Shown here: one piece after another, positions 17,888 through 27,797 of the stretch
How the letters are laid out: every line of letters begins with the position of its first letter
Numbering within the stretch: position 1 is the first letter of the stretch
Assembly (NCBI GenBank): GCA_964356225.1
Contig: CAYHGA010000002.1
Span: 14,894-78,893 of the forward strand
Direction: 5' to 3'
DNA from: an uncultured Gammaproteobacteria bacterium
Lineage (GTDB): Bacteria > Patescibacteriota > Microgenomatia > CAZETR01 > Amesbacteraceae
DNA: 64,000 nucleotides
The notes under the pieces: model-generated
Seen by the model: the letters and a program-made list of their open reading frames with translations, nothing else
Told to the model about the DNA's origin: nothing
Database searches by the model: none
Program-made: the position numbers and the translations under genes

Positions 17888-18846
17888 AGTTTTTTATCGA
17901 TGAGTAGGCTCTGGATTTTGTCTGCCAAATCTACTGGGTCGTGAGGATCAAAAAAAAGGGCGGCGTCGCCGTAGATTTCCGGCAGGCAGGAGGCCCGGGC
18001 GGCAATGACTGGCAAACCGGCGGCCATTGCTTCTAACCCCGGCAGGCCAAAACCTTCTATTAATGAGGGAAAAACAAAGGCAAGGGCTCTATGATATAGG
18101 TCAACCAGTTGCTCATCTGTGAGCCGGCCTAAGTATTGTACGCGGGAAGAGATGGGCAGGCGTTTCTCAAAGACTGACCTGGCGCAGACAACCTTTAGGT
18201 CTATTTTAGCCAGCTCTACTGCTCTAATTAACACGGGGATGTTTTTATGCGGGTATAGATTCCCTGTGTAAACTATGAAAGGCTTCGGGATGCTCTTAAA
18301 AGGAGACTCCTTAAAAGAGTCTCCTGTAAATGGTTTGGTTACGCCCTCGTAGGTGACGGAGATTTTAGCTGGGTTGAGATGATATTTTTTTACTAATATA
18401 CTTTTCCAGTATTTGGCAGGGACGATAATATGCCGGGCCCGATGCACAGCCAGCCAGACAATGGCTAAATAACCAAAATATTTCGGCCAATAAAAAATGG
18501 GATTATGAGTAGTGGTGTCCCGGCCTTTGGACATGTGTTTGATCAGGTCGTGGATAGTGACCACCATTTTGCCGGGCCAGAAAACGGGGATGGTAAAGTG
18601 GGGCACGTGCAGAACGTCGGGTCTGATAAAAGATAATATCCACAGCATTTCCAGTTGGGAGAGGAGTGAGTAGGGGTGGAAACGGGCGTAATATTTGGTG
18701 AACTTGGCCAGTTTGAGCTCGTTTTTGAGGTCCGGGGGGACGATTAAAACTGCTTCACCCGGCAAATTATCAATCAAATTCTCTACATATCTGCCGATTC
18801 CGGTATGCTTAATCCCCCACATTCTGGCATCAATACAAATTTTCAT
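17785..18846 (-). CDS. Glycosyltransferase family 4 (GT-B)
   Basis: 353 aa. GFGLPGLEAMAAGLPVIAARASCLPEIYGDAALFFDP is a typical GT4 C-domain. Confidence 0.75.
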   Translation of the reverse strand: MKICIDARMWGIKHTGIGRYVENLIDNLPGEAVLIVPPDLKNELKLAKFTKYYARFHPYSLLSQLEMLWILSFIRPDVLHVPHFTIPVFWPGKMVVTIHDLIKHMSKGRDTTTHNPIFYWPKYFGYLAIVWLAVHRARHIIVPAKYWKSILVKKYHLNPAKISVTYEGVTKPFTGDSFKESPFKSIPKPFIVYTGNLYPHKNIPVLIRAVELAKIDLKVVCARSVFEKRLPISSRVQYLGRLTDEQLVDLYHRALAFVFPSLIEGFGLPGLEAMAAGLPVIAARASCLPEIYGDAALFFDPHDPVDLADKIQSLLIDKKLCQKLIVKGQSQVTKYSWAFMASQTWQIYQAALR

Positions 18847-18849
18847 AAT

Positions 18850-19683
18850 TTACTTAATTGATCTAATTAATCTCATTGATCTAATTATCCAAATACCAAC
18901 GTCGACAGTCCAGTTTATGAAGAAGGGGTATTTAGCGGCCAGGTGCTTAGTGTAAAAAAGGCGCATGGCGTCTGTTGAATTGATGGCCCAGCGGCGGCGG
19001 CCGGAGGCAATGGCCCGGACTGACGACCCTTTAAAATGAGTTATTTTGACGCCGGGAATATATACAACTTTCCAACCTTTTTCTTTTAATTTGTAGCAAA
19101 AATCTATATCTTCGCCGTTAAATTTATAATCTTCGTCCAGCCAACCGACCTGGTCTCCGGCGGTTTTGCGAATCATGGCGAAAGCGCCAACGAGAGAATC
19201 TATTTCATGAATTGAATTGGGGATTTTTTGGTTTGTGTAGGCTGATAAGTGTTTTAGTCCAATGATATGCAAAAAAGAACCTACCGGATCGGGAAAATTG
19301 CGATGGCAGGAGTAATCGAGTGAACCGTCCGGCAATTCCACCCGGCAGGTAGCTGCGCCAATGTCAGGGTGATCCTGCATATATTCGAGGACTGTTTCAA
19401 TGGTTTTAGGATAAACGATGGTGTCCGGATTAAGGAGGAGAATGAATTCTCCTTGCGAGTGGCTAATACCGACGTTGTTTCCGGCCGCAAAGCCGAGATT
19501 AGTATTGTTTTGGATAGTGGCGATCTGGGCGCTGCCGTCCGTGGAGCCGTTGTCGGGAATTATTATTTCCCAATCTTTATGTTTGGGAATAGAAGCCAGA
19601 CAGTCAAGAAGCTGTTTCTTGACGTTATAGCTAAGAATGATGATGGACAAGGTCTTCATATATGCTCTCCAGTTTTTGGGCAA
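18850..19683 (-). CDS. Glycosyltransferase family 2 (GT-A)
   Basis: 277 aa. LSIIILSYNVKKQLLDCLASI...IIPDNGSTDGS is the GT2 N-terminal motif, and DxD-type aspartates follow. Confidence 0.75.
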   Translation of the reverse strand: MPKNWRAYMKTLSIIILSYNVKKQLLDCLASIPKHKDWEIIIPDNGSTDGSAQIATIQNNTNLGFAAGNNVGISHSQGEFILLLNPDTIVYPKTIETVLEYMQDHPDIGAATCRVELPDGSLDYSCHRNFPDPVGSFLHIIGLKHLSAYTNQKIPNSIHEIDSLVGAFAMIRKTAGDQVGWLDEDYKFNGEDIDFCYKLKEKGWKVVYIPGVKITHFKGSSVRAIASGRRRWAINSTDAMRLFYTKHLAAKYPFFINWTVDVGIWIIRSMRLIRSIK

Positions 19684-20830
19684 TGGGTTCCCAGGAAAAG
19701 TTGGTGTCTACCAAATGCCTGGCATTGTTGGCAATTTGGGTATACATCTTTTTGTTTTGTAAAACCCGGATAGATTTATTAGCAATGTCTTCCGGAGTGG
19801 TGCCGATAATAATTGATTCGCCGTCGACCGCCCCATACCCTTCGGCCCCAACGGGGGTAGTAACGACCGGGATCATGGTCGCCATGGCCGCCAGTATTTT
19901 CAGTCTGGTGCCCCCCGGGGCGTACATAGGAGCCACAAACAAACCTGATTCAAGATAAGCATTGACTACTCCCTGGGTGTCGGAGTCTTTGAGCTCTAAA
20001 ATCTCTACGCCTGGTGTTTTGAGAGCTTTGACTTCAGAGGTAGGGAATTGACCGGCGATAATCAGCGAGGCTGTGGGGATAGCTTTCTGTATGAGGGGAA
20101 AGACTTTCCTGGCCAAAAGCTCGGCCGCTTCCCAATTCTGGATCCATTTGTAATTACCCATATACAAAATACGGTGATTATAGTGAGGTTTTTTGGGTAA
20201 ATTGCTGACGTCCTCCCCTACTCCGTTGGGAACAACGTCAACTTTCAGGCCGGGGATTATTTTTTGAATAACCCGGGCATCTTCGGCGGAAACTGTGACT
20301 ACCCGGCTGACCCGCCTCCAGAAATATTGTTCCCAAAAGCGCATTTTGGCTACATCAATCCACATAAACGGGCGGAACCACAGCCGTTTGTCGGTGTTGG
20401 CTTGATGGCCAAAAATCCGGGACATAATGGTTTGTTCGACCAGAATAATGGGGAGGTTATGAGCCGGTAAATAGGGCAAGGTGTACGACATTTCTGCGTG
20501 AATCAAATCGTATTGGCCGCTTTGCAATTCTTCCTGGAGCACCTGTTTTATTTTGGGAGAATAATAAATGGAAACGAGAAAAGGGTAGGGAGAGAAACCG
20601 GTGCGCAGAATGTTGGCTAGAGTCCAGGTTTTCCCCCGCTCAATGACGATGACTTTGCGGCAAAACTGCTTCATATGACTGATTTGTTCCTGGGTATTAT
20701 GCTGGCGGGAGAAACAGACTAGGGTAATAGTGTGTTTTCTGGATAACAGCTTGATAAGTTTGTAGGAACGGACTTGGCCGCCCTCTGACGGAGGATAGGG
20801 CAAATACGGCAAAAGCATGAGGATGTTCAT
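19631..20830 (-). CDS. Glycosyltransferase family 4 (GT-B)
   Basis: 399 aa. MNILMLLPYLPYPPSEGGQVRSYKL is the GT4 N-domain start. The C-domain contains GTRLKILAAMATMIPVVTTPVGAEGY. Confidence 0.7.
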   Translation of the reverse strand: MNILMLLPYLPYPPSEGGQVRSYKLIKLLSRKHTITLVCFSRQHNTQEQISHMKQFCRKVIVIERGKTWTLANILRTGFSPYPFLVSIYYSPKIKQVLQEELQSGQYDLIHAEMSYTLPYLPAHNLPIILVEQTIMSRIFGHQANTDKRLWFRPFMWIDVAKMRFWEQYFWRRVSRVVTVSAEDARVIQKIIPGLKVDVVPNGVGEDVSNLPKKPHYNHRILYMGNYKWIQNWEAAELLARKVFPLIQKAIPTASLIIAGQFPTSEVKALKTPGVEILELKDSDTQGVVNAYLESGLFVAPMYAPGGTRLKILAAMATMIPVVTTPVGAEGYGAVDGESIIIGTTPEDIANKSIRVLQNKKMYTQIANNARHLVDTNFSWEPIAQKLESIYEDLVHHHS

Positions 20831-22167
20831 GGCCGGATGGGTTCAACGAGCTCAACGATGACGTATTCAGGTGTTTGCTCAAGAACGGTGTATTTTTTCA
20901 TAATGGCGTTGGTCTGGTCATCATAATTGACCGATATATAATACTGGGCATTGAAGCGGTCCCGCAGGTCTTTGATGGGTAAAGACAGGTTGGGGAAACC
21001 CCGGCGGTTGGTCTGATATAGAAATGCCGTATCTCCATTGTAGGGGGCGACAACAATAGCATCTTTGGGCAAGAGTTTATCGGCGGCAAGGCCTGCGTGG
21101 ATAATGGACCAGTTGTTGACTTGATAATCCCCTTTAAGGTCGTACCAAGCCAGGCCGATCATGAGCAGCAAACAAAAGGCAATGACGGCTTTTTTGGCCA
21201 GAGTAGTACTAAAGTGGATGGCCCCGAGAGCCACAAGAACGGAAACTATGGGGATGAGAGGAATCTGGTAATAATCGTGTTGAATATTGCCGGTGGCAAA
21301 AACAGCCAGATACAGCAACGCTCCGGCGGCCCAGGAAAGAAAGTACGAATTGGCTTGGAATAGACCCAATAGGAAAGGGAAAACCCCCCATTGCCCCAGA
21401 ATCATGTCCCCCAGCCTTTCGCCAAACAGCCAGCGAAACCAGGCCGGGCGGAAGCGAATGCCGTTGCCGTTTAAGAGCCAGAGGCTGGCGGGGATGCCCT
21501 CCGGAAAACGGTGCTCCCAAATCCGCCACAGGCCAAACGGGGCAAGCAGACTGACGAAAAGCCAAAAATCTTTGAGAAGGGGCAGGAGGAAAAAAATGGC
21601 AGTGGGTTTGACTAAGACTGCCAAGGATCCAAAGATCCAGGTCAGCGGACGCGAAGAAGATTGAGCTAAAAGTGCTGCTAAAACTAAGGTGACCATCAAC
21701 GGGTCCGGTAAAACGACCCGGGTGAAATAAATGTTGTACGGCAAAAAGAGGAAGATGGCAGTGGCCAACCACGCAACCCCCGGGGTGGAATGGCGGCGGA
21801 CGAGTAAGAAGAGAAGGACAGCAGAGACCAGAGTTGCAAGAATTGAAGTTAAACGGCCGACTAATTCCAGTGAGAAGTGAGAAGAGAGAAGAGAGAAGAG
21901 GCTGTAGTGAAGAAGGTTAAAGAGAGGGAATTCGGTAAATCGATAACCTTGAGGATTAAACAGGCCATTGCCGGAAACGTCGGAAAAATCGTCGTAGCGG
22001 GGAGTGAGAATGTTTACGCCGCTTTTTACCCAGTTACGGGTGACGGCGGAAGTATCGGCCTGACGCCAGGAGTGCCAGTCGGCAATGGGGTTACTAATTT
22101 TGTAGAGGCGAACAGCAAAACCGGCTAAAACTAGGATTCCCAAAATAAAATATTGATATTTTTTCAT
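20827..22167 (-). CDS. Polytopic membrane glycosyltransferase, GT-C fold (PMT_2/ArnT-like)
   Basis: 446 aa, about 10 transmembrane helices. A first-loop DWHSWRQADTSAVTRNW motif follows helix 1, which is the usual position of the GT-C catalytic acid. A C-terminal soluble domain follows. Confidence 0.5.
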   Translation of the reverse strand: MKKYQYFILGILVLAGFAVRLYKISNPIADWHSWRQADTSAVTRNWVKSGVNILTPRYDDFSDVSGNGLFNPQGYRFTEFPLFNLLHYSLFSLLSSHFSLELVGRLTSILATLVSAVLLFLLVRRHSTPGVAWLATAIFLFLPYNIYFTRVVLPDPLMVTLVLAALLAQSSSRPLTWIFGSLAVLVKPTAIFFLLPLLKDFWLFVSLLAPFGLWRIWEHRFPEGIPASLWLLNGNGIRFRPAWFRWLFGERLGDMILGQWGVFPFLLGLFQANSYFLSWAAGALLYLAVFATGNIQHDYYQIPLIPIVSVLVALGAIHFSTTLAKKAVIAFCLLLMIGLAWYDLKGDYQVNNWSIIHAGLAADKLLPKDAIVVAPYNGDTAFLYQTNRRGFPNLSLPIKDLRDRFNAQYYISVNYDDQTNAIMKKYTVLEQTPEYVIVELVEPIRP

Positions 22168-23399
22168 AAAGTCTTGGCTTTCTCGGCAGCTCCAAGTAAG
22201 GTCCAGGCTATTATAGCGACTTTTGAAGCTTCAAAAATGTCGATGAATACCGCGTTTAACAATAGACTGACTAACCCCAAAGTTGTGGCTACTATGAAAG
22301 CGTCTGAGGAGGAAGCGGGGGCGCGGAAATACGGTGAACTGGTTTTGAAAATACGCAAGAGAATTAGACCGAAGGCAGCCAGTCCGAAAAAGCCAGTTTC
22401 GGCCAAGACGCGCAGATAGTCATTGTCCACCGCCAAGCCTACCGATGAAAAACCGGTACCTAAAAGAGGATTTTGATAAAAGGCCCGCAGGGCCCGGGGC
22501 CATTCGGCTTTGAGGCGGATGTTTAAAGACCGATCTTCGGGAACGGCCGGGGGTTTGAGCGCATCGGGAATTTCCTCATCTGCTGCCGCCTGAACGTGAT
22601 TAATAAGCAGCTCGCGGTACCGGCCCAAAAGTTGGGGAGAGGCTAAAATGCTGAAAATACCCAAAAGGATTAAGGGGATAAGCCAGAGCTTTTTGCGGAT
22701 AAGCAGCATAAAAAGAGCGGTAGTGATGTAAAAAGCGGCAAAGGTGACCCGCGAAGCGGAGAGAAGCATGGTCCAATAAGCCAGAGAGCCAATGCCGATT
22801 AACAGCCATTTGTGACGGATTTGGGGCAGAGTCAAGAGAGCGATTACCAAAAGTAAGGGAAAGATAGAAAAGGCTGCCAGGTCGTAGTGGCCGGCAAACG
22901 TGGAGTTAATACGGGCTCCTGCACCCAAAGTAAGAGCCAACCCCTTGGAAAATTCACTATTGGTGGTAGAAATGACCGGCCAGCCCAAAAACTGCTGGCC
23001 CAATCCGAAAATAGAGGCTATTAACGCTATCAGTAAAAAGGCTCTAATTAGAAAATGCAGTTGTTGCTTGTTTTGCAGAGCGTGGAAACCCACGGCAAAC
23101 ATCGCCATATATTCTACCCGGCGCAGAGCGTGTAGCAGGCCAAGGTTTAATCCGGCGGTTTTGGTGACAAAAATAGCCGAAAATACCGAAACGAAGCCGA
23201 TTATTAAATATAGAAGTATCGCACGATGAACAGGCAGGTATTTTTGCCGCAGGGCGGTGAGCGCCCAAAAAATAATGGCCGCAGCAACTACAAAATCTTC
23301 CAGACGGACAGCCACAAACGTGCCGGATACTCCCAATAAGGGAAATTTTGGGTAGAGGGCAACAAAAAGCAAAACCAGAACCAGTAAGTATTTAGACAT
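22164..23399 (-). CDS. O-antigen ligase/polymerase-like membrane protein (Wzy_C family)
   Basis: 411 aa, about 10-12 transmembrane helices. A large loop holds conserved Arg/His residues (GHYDLAAF...SASRVTF), typical of WaaL/Wzy. Confidence 0.45.
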   Translation of the reverse strand: MSKYLLVLVLLFVALYPKFPLLGVSGTFVAVRLEDFVVAAAIIFWALTALRQKYLPVHRAILLYLIIGFVSVFSAIFVTKTAGLNLGLLHALRRVEYMAMFAVGFHALQNKQQLHFLIRAFLLIALIASIFGLGQQFLGWPVISTTNSEFSKGLALTLGAGARINSTFAGHYDLAAFSIFPLLLVIALLTLPQIRHKWLLIGIGSLAYWTMLLSASRVTFAAFYITTALFMLLIRKKLWLIPLILLGIFSILASPQLLGRYRELLINHVQAAADEEIPDALKPPAVPEDRSLNIRLKAEWPRALRAFYQNPLLGTGFSSVGLAVDNDYLRVLAETGFFGLAAFGLILLRIFKTSSPYFRAPASSSDAFIVATTLGLVSLLLNAVFIDIFEASKVAIIAWTLLGAAEKAKTL

Positions 23400-23868
23400 G
23401 GGAATATTCTTTAGCTAACCAGAGAAATAATGGACCTGATAAAGCTAGAACTGTAAGGCGGGAAATAGGGTGGGAAGACAGGTAGCGGACAGTAACTTTG
23501 TTGAGATAATGAACACCTTTAATGTTGATTTGCTCAGTAGGTTTGGTGGGCACAAAGGCGTTGACATACAATGACTCCCGCAGAGGGTGAACAATTAGCT
23601 CCAGAAAGCTGCTTTTGGTTTGATCGCGGATAACGGAGTAGGCGTCTTCGGGGGGGAGATTTAAACGATATTGGACCGGGCCACGAAAAGCTTTGTCGTA
23701 ATAATCCATTATTTCTAATCGAGAGAGATTGGTGTAATACGCCCGACGATAGATAGATTCTGTATCCGCCGGTTCTGTTGATTGAATTGAATTTGGCGGA
23801 GGCCCTGGAAATTTCGGGGAAGGCAATGCTAAATAAATACCAATAAATATAGCGATGATTAGCTTCAT
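23392..23868 (-). CDS. Hypothetical exported protein
   Basis: 158 aa. N-terminal signal or anchor (MKLIIAIFIGIYLALP) and a C-terminal hydrophobic segment. No family recognised. Confidence 0.35.
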   Translation of the reverse strand: MKLIIAIFIGIYLALPSPKFPGPPPNSIQSTEPADTESIYRRAYYTNLSRLEIMDYYDKAFRGPVQYRLNLPPEDAYSVIRDQTKSSFLELIVHPLRESLYVNAFVPTKPTEQINIKGVHYLNKVTVRYLSSHPISRLTVLALSGPLFLWLAKEYSHV

Positions 23869-24476
23869 TGAAATAATCTGGCCCGTCCTAGTCTATATTT
23901 TAAATTTTTGTTACTTCTCTCCCCTATTATCTGGGCAGGAACCCCACCAACAACGGCAAAGTCGGGAACGTCTTTGGTAACTACAGCCCCAGCAGCCACG
24001 ACCGCTCCCCGGCCAATCTTGACGCCCGGCAAGATTATCACCCGAGGACCAATAAAGACGTAGTCCTCAATTTTCACCGGCGCAAGAGTAGCTGTGAAAT
24101 CTTCTGCAGTCAGATCATGTTCGGAGTTGTAGATCATAACTTCTGAGGCGATATCTACATGACTGCCGATTTTTAATTTAGCCCGACCGTCGAGAAAAGC
24201 GTGATCTCCGATTATGGTGTCGTTTCCAATCTCGATGTTGGCTGGGTTATAAAATCTGGCCCACATGTGGACGGTGCCACTAATTTTCATTCCGCAAAGT
24301 CTATAAATTATTTTACGGAAGATATGGGAAGGAACCAGGCCTGCAAGAGTGAGGAAATACAGCTCAAGGTCCAAAAAAATATTGAAGATTCTGGCAATCC
24401 CCTTTTGCAAAACCTGGGAAGTGGTTAGTGTTTTGCCGTTGCGGTCTGTAAACATTTTAAAGTTTGGCGGGCGCAT
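23865..24476 (-). CDS. Hexapeptide-repeat (left-handed beta-helix) acyl/acetyltransferase
   Basis: 203 aa. Repeated [LIV]-G-x-x-x-x hexads: IGNDTIIGDHAFLDGRAKLKIGSHVDI ... IGPRVIILPGVKIGRGAVVAAGAVV. Confidence 0.8.
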   Translation of the reverse strand: MRPPNFKMFTDRNGKTLTTSQVLQKGIARIFNIFLDLELYFLTLAGLVPSHIFRKIIYRLCGMKISGTVHMWARFYNPANIEIGNDTIIGDHAFLDGRAKLKIGSHVDIASEVMIYNSEHDLTAEDFTATLAPVKIEDYVFIGPRVIILPGVKIGRGAVVAAGAVVTKDVPDFAVVGGVPAQIIGERSNKNLKYRLGRARLFQ

Positions 24477-25501
24477 TCGGCCCAGCTGAATAATTTTACT
24501 CTTTGTAGGCCCTTTTTAATCCTTCGGCTCCGCTCAGGACCCATGGCCTCTATTATACCTTGAGCAATAGACTTTGGGTCATGGGGATCGACGTAGATGG
24601 CGGCTCTCCCGCCAACTTCCGGCAAGCTGGCTACATTGGATATAACAACCGGCGTGCCGCAAGCCATGGCTTCCAAAACAGTAATGCCAAAACCTTCATG
24701 GAAGCTGGGCAAGACGTAGGCGAAGGCTTCCTGCATAAGGGTCACTTTAGTGGCCTCGTCTACGAAGCCGGTAAACTTAACTCTATCTTCCAGGCCTAGT
24801 TGTTTTACCAGGGTAAATATTTGGTCGTAATGCCAAGCCTTCTTACCCACAATTTTTAATTTTAAATTTTTAATTTTTAATAAATCAAATGCTTTAATTA
24901 GTCCTTCTACATTTTTACTAGGTTTTAGACTGCTTAAAAAGAGAATGTAAGGCTGGGGAGGTTTGTAGCTTGGTTTAAATAGTTTGGTGTTGTAACCCAA
25001 AAGGGTAACGACGATATCCTGCGGGTCGCGGTGATAATTTTTGATAATGTCCTGTTTCGTGTATTGAGAAATGGCGATTATTTTGGCAGCATTTTTGACA
25101 GAATAGGCTGTCCAGCTTTTTAATTGATTAAAGTCGGCGGGAGTGAACTGTTCCGGGGTTTGCAAAAAACCCAGATCCATAATGGCCACAACCGTAGGAA
25201 CGGGCGAAAAACGGGGCGCGTAGTGAGTCATGCTGAAAAATACATCCAGCCGGGGCTGGTGGGTATATAAATCCCACGGCAGACGGGTTTGGGTCCAGAA
25301 TTTGGGGAAGGGAATGACCCGATACTTCCAACCCCACCTTTCAGGTGGAAGTGTTTTTTGGGGCGGGGTTTTCAAATAGATCACAAATTTGTGATCTGAT
25401 TTCAGATTGTAAACGGCCCACAACAAATTAAAGGCATACTCATTTATACCTACTAAGTTGGGGGTTAAATTGGCTTCGTTGGCATCAATTCCGATTAGCA
25501 T
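24425..25501 (-). CDS. Glycosyltransferase family 4 (GT-B)
   Basis: 358 aa. GFGITVLEAMACGTPVVISNVASLPEVGGRAAIYVDP is the GT4 C-domain. It contains the 31-nt AT-rich element shared with recO. Confidence 0.75.
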   Translation of the reverse strand: MLIGIDANEANLTPNLVGINEYAFNLLWAVYNLKSDHKFVIYLKTPPQKTLPPERWGWKYRVIPFPKFWTQTRLPWDLYTHQPRLDVFFSMTHYAPRFSPVPTVVAIMDLGFLQTPEQFTPADFNQLKSWTAYSVKNAAKIIAISQYTKQDIIKNYHRDPQDIVVTLLGYNTKLFKPSYKPPQPYILFLSSLKPSKNVEGLIKAFDLLKIKNLKLKIVGKKAWHYDQIFTLVKQLGLEDRVKFTGFVDEATKVTLMQEAFAYVLPSFHEGFGITVLEAMACGTPVVISNVASLPEVGGRAAIYVDPHDPKSIAQGIIEAMGPERSRRIKKGLQRVKLFSWAECARQTLKCLQTATAKH

Positions 25502-26481
25502 AATGATTTATAAACTCTTAGAGTTTCCTGGGCGACGTTATCCCAACTAAATTTGGCTAACTGCTTTGTGCCGGCGGCGGTTAGCCGGTCGCGGTCTTTA
25601 ATTGCCTGGGTGATACCGGCGGCAATAGATTCGACGGACAAGGGATCAAAATAGGCGGCGGCTTCACCCGCTACTTCGGGCAGACTAGAAGTGTTTGAAC
25701 AAGCGACGGGAACATGATAATAAAAAGCCTCTAAGATCGGTAGACCGAATCCTTCATAAAGACTGGGGTATACAAAAGCCGAGGCCCCGGCCAAATAATT
25801 GACCAGAGCCTGATCGGAAACGTAACCTAAGTCGCTTCCTTCACCGACGACGATCAGTTTTTGCCCCAATTTGGCACAGGCAAGTTTGAGGCGGTCGATG
25901 TTCTTGCGGGGCTGGCGGGCGCCGATGGCAAAAACATAATTGGCGTTTTTGGTAATCTGGGGCTGAAGTGATAAATATTTACCCGGTAGGGCCTCGGGGA
26001 TAACAACCGTCCGGCCGATGGTGCTTGGAAATAATCTGTGCAAGTCAGCGGCGGTTGAATTGGAGACACAAATAATTTTGTCACATTCTTTGACCACCCA
26101 TTTCATGCGGGCGGCGTGGACGGCCACAATTTGGGGATCGGTTTCAGCCGGGTATAAAAATGGGGACAGGTCGTGAACGGTGGTAACCTTTTTGGCCTGG
26201 CTGGGTCCTTGAGTCCAGTCTGATGAATGATAAATGTTAACTTCCCCAATAAATGACTCTACGTTAACTAAATGCAGAACGTTCCATAAATAATGCATGA
26301 CGGTGGGGGGGATTGGGAGGGACACTCCTTTAAGGATTATCCTTTTTAGTTCGGCGAGGCGACGGAGAGAGTAGCCGAAAGGAACCAGAATGTCCTGCGG
26401 CAGATGTTGCAGCAGTTCCAAAGTGTAATTGGAAACTCCTGTGCCGTAAATAATTGATGAAACGTCTAAACCAACTTTCAT
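25495..26481 (-). CDS. Glycosyltransferase family 4 (GT-B)
   Basis: 328 aa. GFGLPILEAFYYHVPVACSNTSSLPEVAGEAAAYFDP. Confidence 0.75.
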   Translation of the reverse strand: MKVGLDVSSIIYGTGVSNYTLELLQHLPQDILVPFGYSLRRLAELKRIILKGVSLPIPPTVMHYLWNVLHLVNVESFIGEVNIYHSSDWTQGPSQAKKVTTVHDLSPFLYPAETDPQIVAVHAARMKWVVKECDKIICVSNSTAADLHRLFPSTIGRTVVIPEALPGKYLSLQPQITKNANYVFAIGARQPRKNIDRLKLACAKLGQKLIVVGEGSDLGYVSDQALVNYLAGASAFVYPSLYEGFGLPILEAFYYHVPVACSNTSSLPEVAGEAAAYFDPLSVESIAAGITQAIKDRDRLTAAGTKQLAKFSWDNVAQETLRVYKSLC

Positions 26482-27797
26482 TTGTGATAATAGTCTATAA
26501 AACCCACTCCTTCAAAATTATACCTTTTTTGCATGGCATAGCCGTCGGCTTGAATCCGGGCGTCAATTTTGTATTGCGGGTCAGTCAGACCGGTGAGATA
26601 TTGAAAAAGGTAAAAATCAGATAAATCTGCACGCAATGATGAGGCAGTAATCACCGGCAGGTCGGGCGCGTACCAGGTCATGGGGGCAAAGGGTCCTGGA
26701 AATTTAACTACCATGGTAGCGGGCCGGGTGCGGATAAATTCCAGAGCTTGGCGCCACTGTTCCCTTTGCAACCTTGGGCGGGTGAAATATGTGTAGTTGC
26801 CGACGATGGCGATATAAATAAGCAAAGTAAAAAATATTTTGAGAAAACGCCTGGTTGTTTCGGCCAAGAGGATGATTAAAGCCGGCAGAGTAAAAATCAG
26901 GCGGAAGGGTTGGGTTTGGGGGATAAAAAATGAAAGGATAATGCTGCCGATAATTGGAGCAAACAACCAGGTATAGAGCAGGCGGCGTTTGCCACGGGCA
27001 AGAAGTAACCCCGCAGCTGTAACGAGGAGGACGAAGGCAATATATACGGCGTATATATATCTAGGAATGAGGTCTATGCGGCCAGCTACAAATTTAAATA
27101 GAATCAAGGGCAAAGATTTGAGCGGAGAAAGGGTTAAGATACTTCGCCACCCCGGTAAATAAGTATCGATGTTGGCTCCCGATTGGAGCTGGTGCTGGAA
27201 TTGGGGAAGCCAGGGCGTGTAAAGTGCAATACTTAATGCGCAATTTATAATACTTAATTTAAGTAATTTTCTGTCGAAAATAAGCGAATATGCCAGTTGG
27301 GAGAAAATGAGAAATACCGCAGCATAGTGGGTATAAAGCATGATAGTGTTGATGAGAAAAAGGGACCAATGTTTTTTATAGAAGGCTGACATGGAGAGAG
27401 TTCCTAATAATGCCAATAAAGAATACATGCGAAATTCCTGGGAATAGTAGACGTGGAAAGGATTAATAGCGAGTAAGAAGGCCGCGGTAAGACCTAATTT
27501 GGGGTTAATGGCGTAAGCTAGATAATAAATTACTGCAATATTTAAAATGCCGAAAGAAATAGGGAGTAGCCGCAGCCAAGTTTCGGATCGGCCGAGTTGC
27601 AGCCAATAGTGAGCCAAAAAATAAAATAATGGCGGGTGGAAATCACCCGGACGATTAGACCAGATCTGGGAAAGAGACATTGAAGAGAGTTGGGCCTGGG
27701 AAGCTTCATCCAACCAGAAACTTTGATCTAATTTAATCAAGCGCAAACCCGACCCCAGAATAAGAATTAAGATCAGGAAGAACTTTTCTTTACCCAT
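26478..27797 (-). CDS. GT-C fold membrane glycosyltransferase (ArnT/PMT-like). Its stop overlaps the start of the GT2 upstream.
   Basis: 439 aa, about 11 transmembrane helices. The first extracytoplasmic loop FWLDEASQAQLSS carries the D-E motif typical of GT39/GT83 enzymes. Confidence 0.55.
   Translation of the reverse strand: MGKEKFFLILILILGSGLRLIKLDQSFWLDEASQAQLSSMSLSQIWSNRPGDFHPPLFYFLAHYWLQLGRSETWLRLLPISFGILNIAVIYYLAYAINPKLGLTAAFLLAINPFHVYYSQEFRMYSLLALLGTLSMSAFYKKHWSLFLINTIMLYTHYAAVFLIFSQLAYSLIFDRKLLKLSIINCALSIALYTPWLPQFQHQLQSGANIDTYLPGWRSILTLSPLKSLPLILFKFVAGRIDLIPRYIYAVYIAFVLLVTAAGLLLARGKRRLLYTWLFAPIIGSIILSFFIPQTQPFRLIFTLPALIILLAETTRRFLKIFFTLLIYIAIVGNYTYFTRPRLQREQWRQALEFIRTRPATMVVKFPGPFAPMTWYAPDLPVITASSLRADLSDFYLFQYLTGLTDPQYKIDARIQADGYAMQKRYNFEGVGFIDYYHK

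Noticed and set aside
21209-21772. 187-aa and 125-aa ORFs (21209-21772 on minus, 21287-21664 on plus) in alternative frames inside the GT-C gene 20827-22167
   Set aside because: They are fully embedded in a gene with coherent membrane-protein periodicity. Their own translations are Pro/Arg/Ser-rich, as expected for out-of-frame reading.
21865-21900. GA-rich low-complexity run (gagaag/gagaga) and CTCAAA-type repeats at 29380-29425
   Set aside because: These are short in-frame low-complexity segments inside coding sequence (encoding LFSLLSS and KAQISKVKAQK). No structural or regulatory signal is apparent.
24851-24881. AT-rich TTTTAAT-type repeats considered as a CRISPR array or IS end
   Set aside because: There are only two dispersed copies, both inside coding frames, with no repeat-spacer periodicity, no cas genes and no transposase. 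No CRISPR array or mobile element is present in the window.
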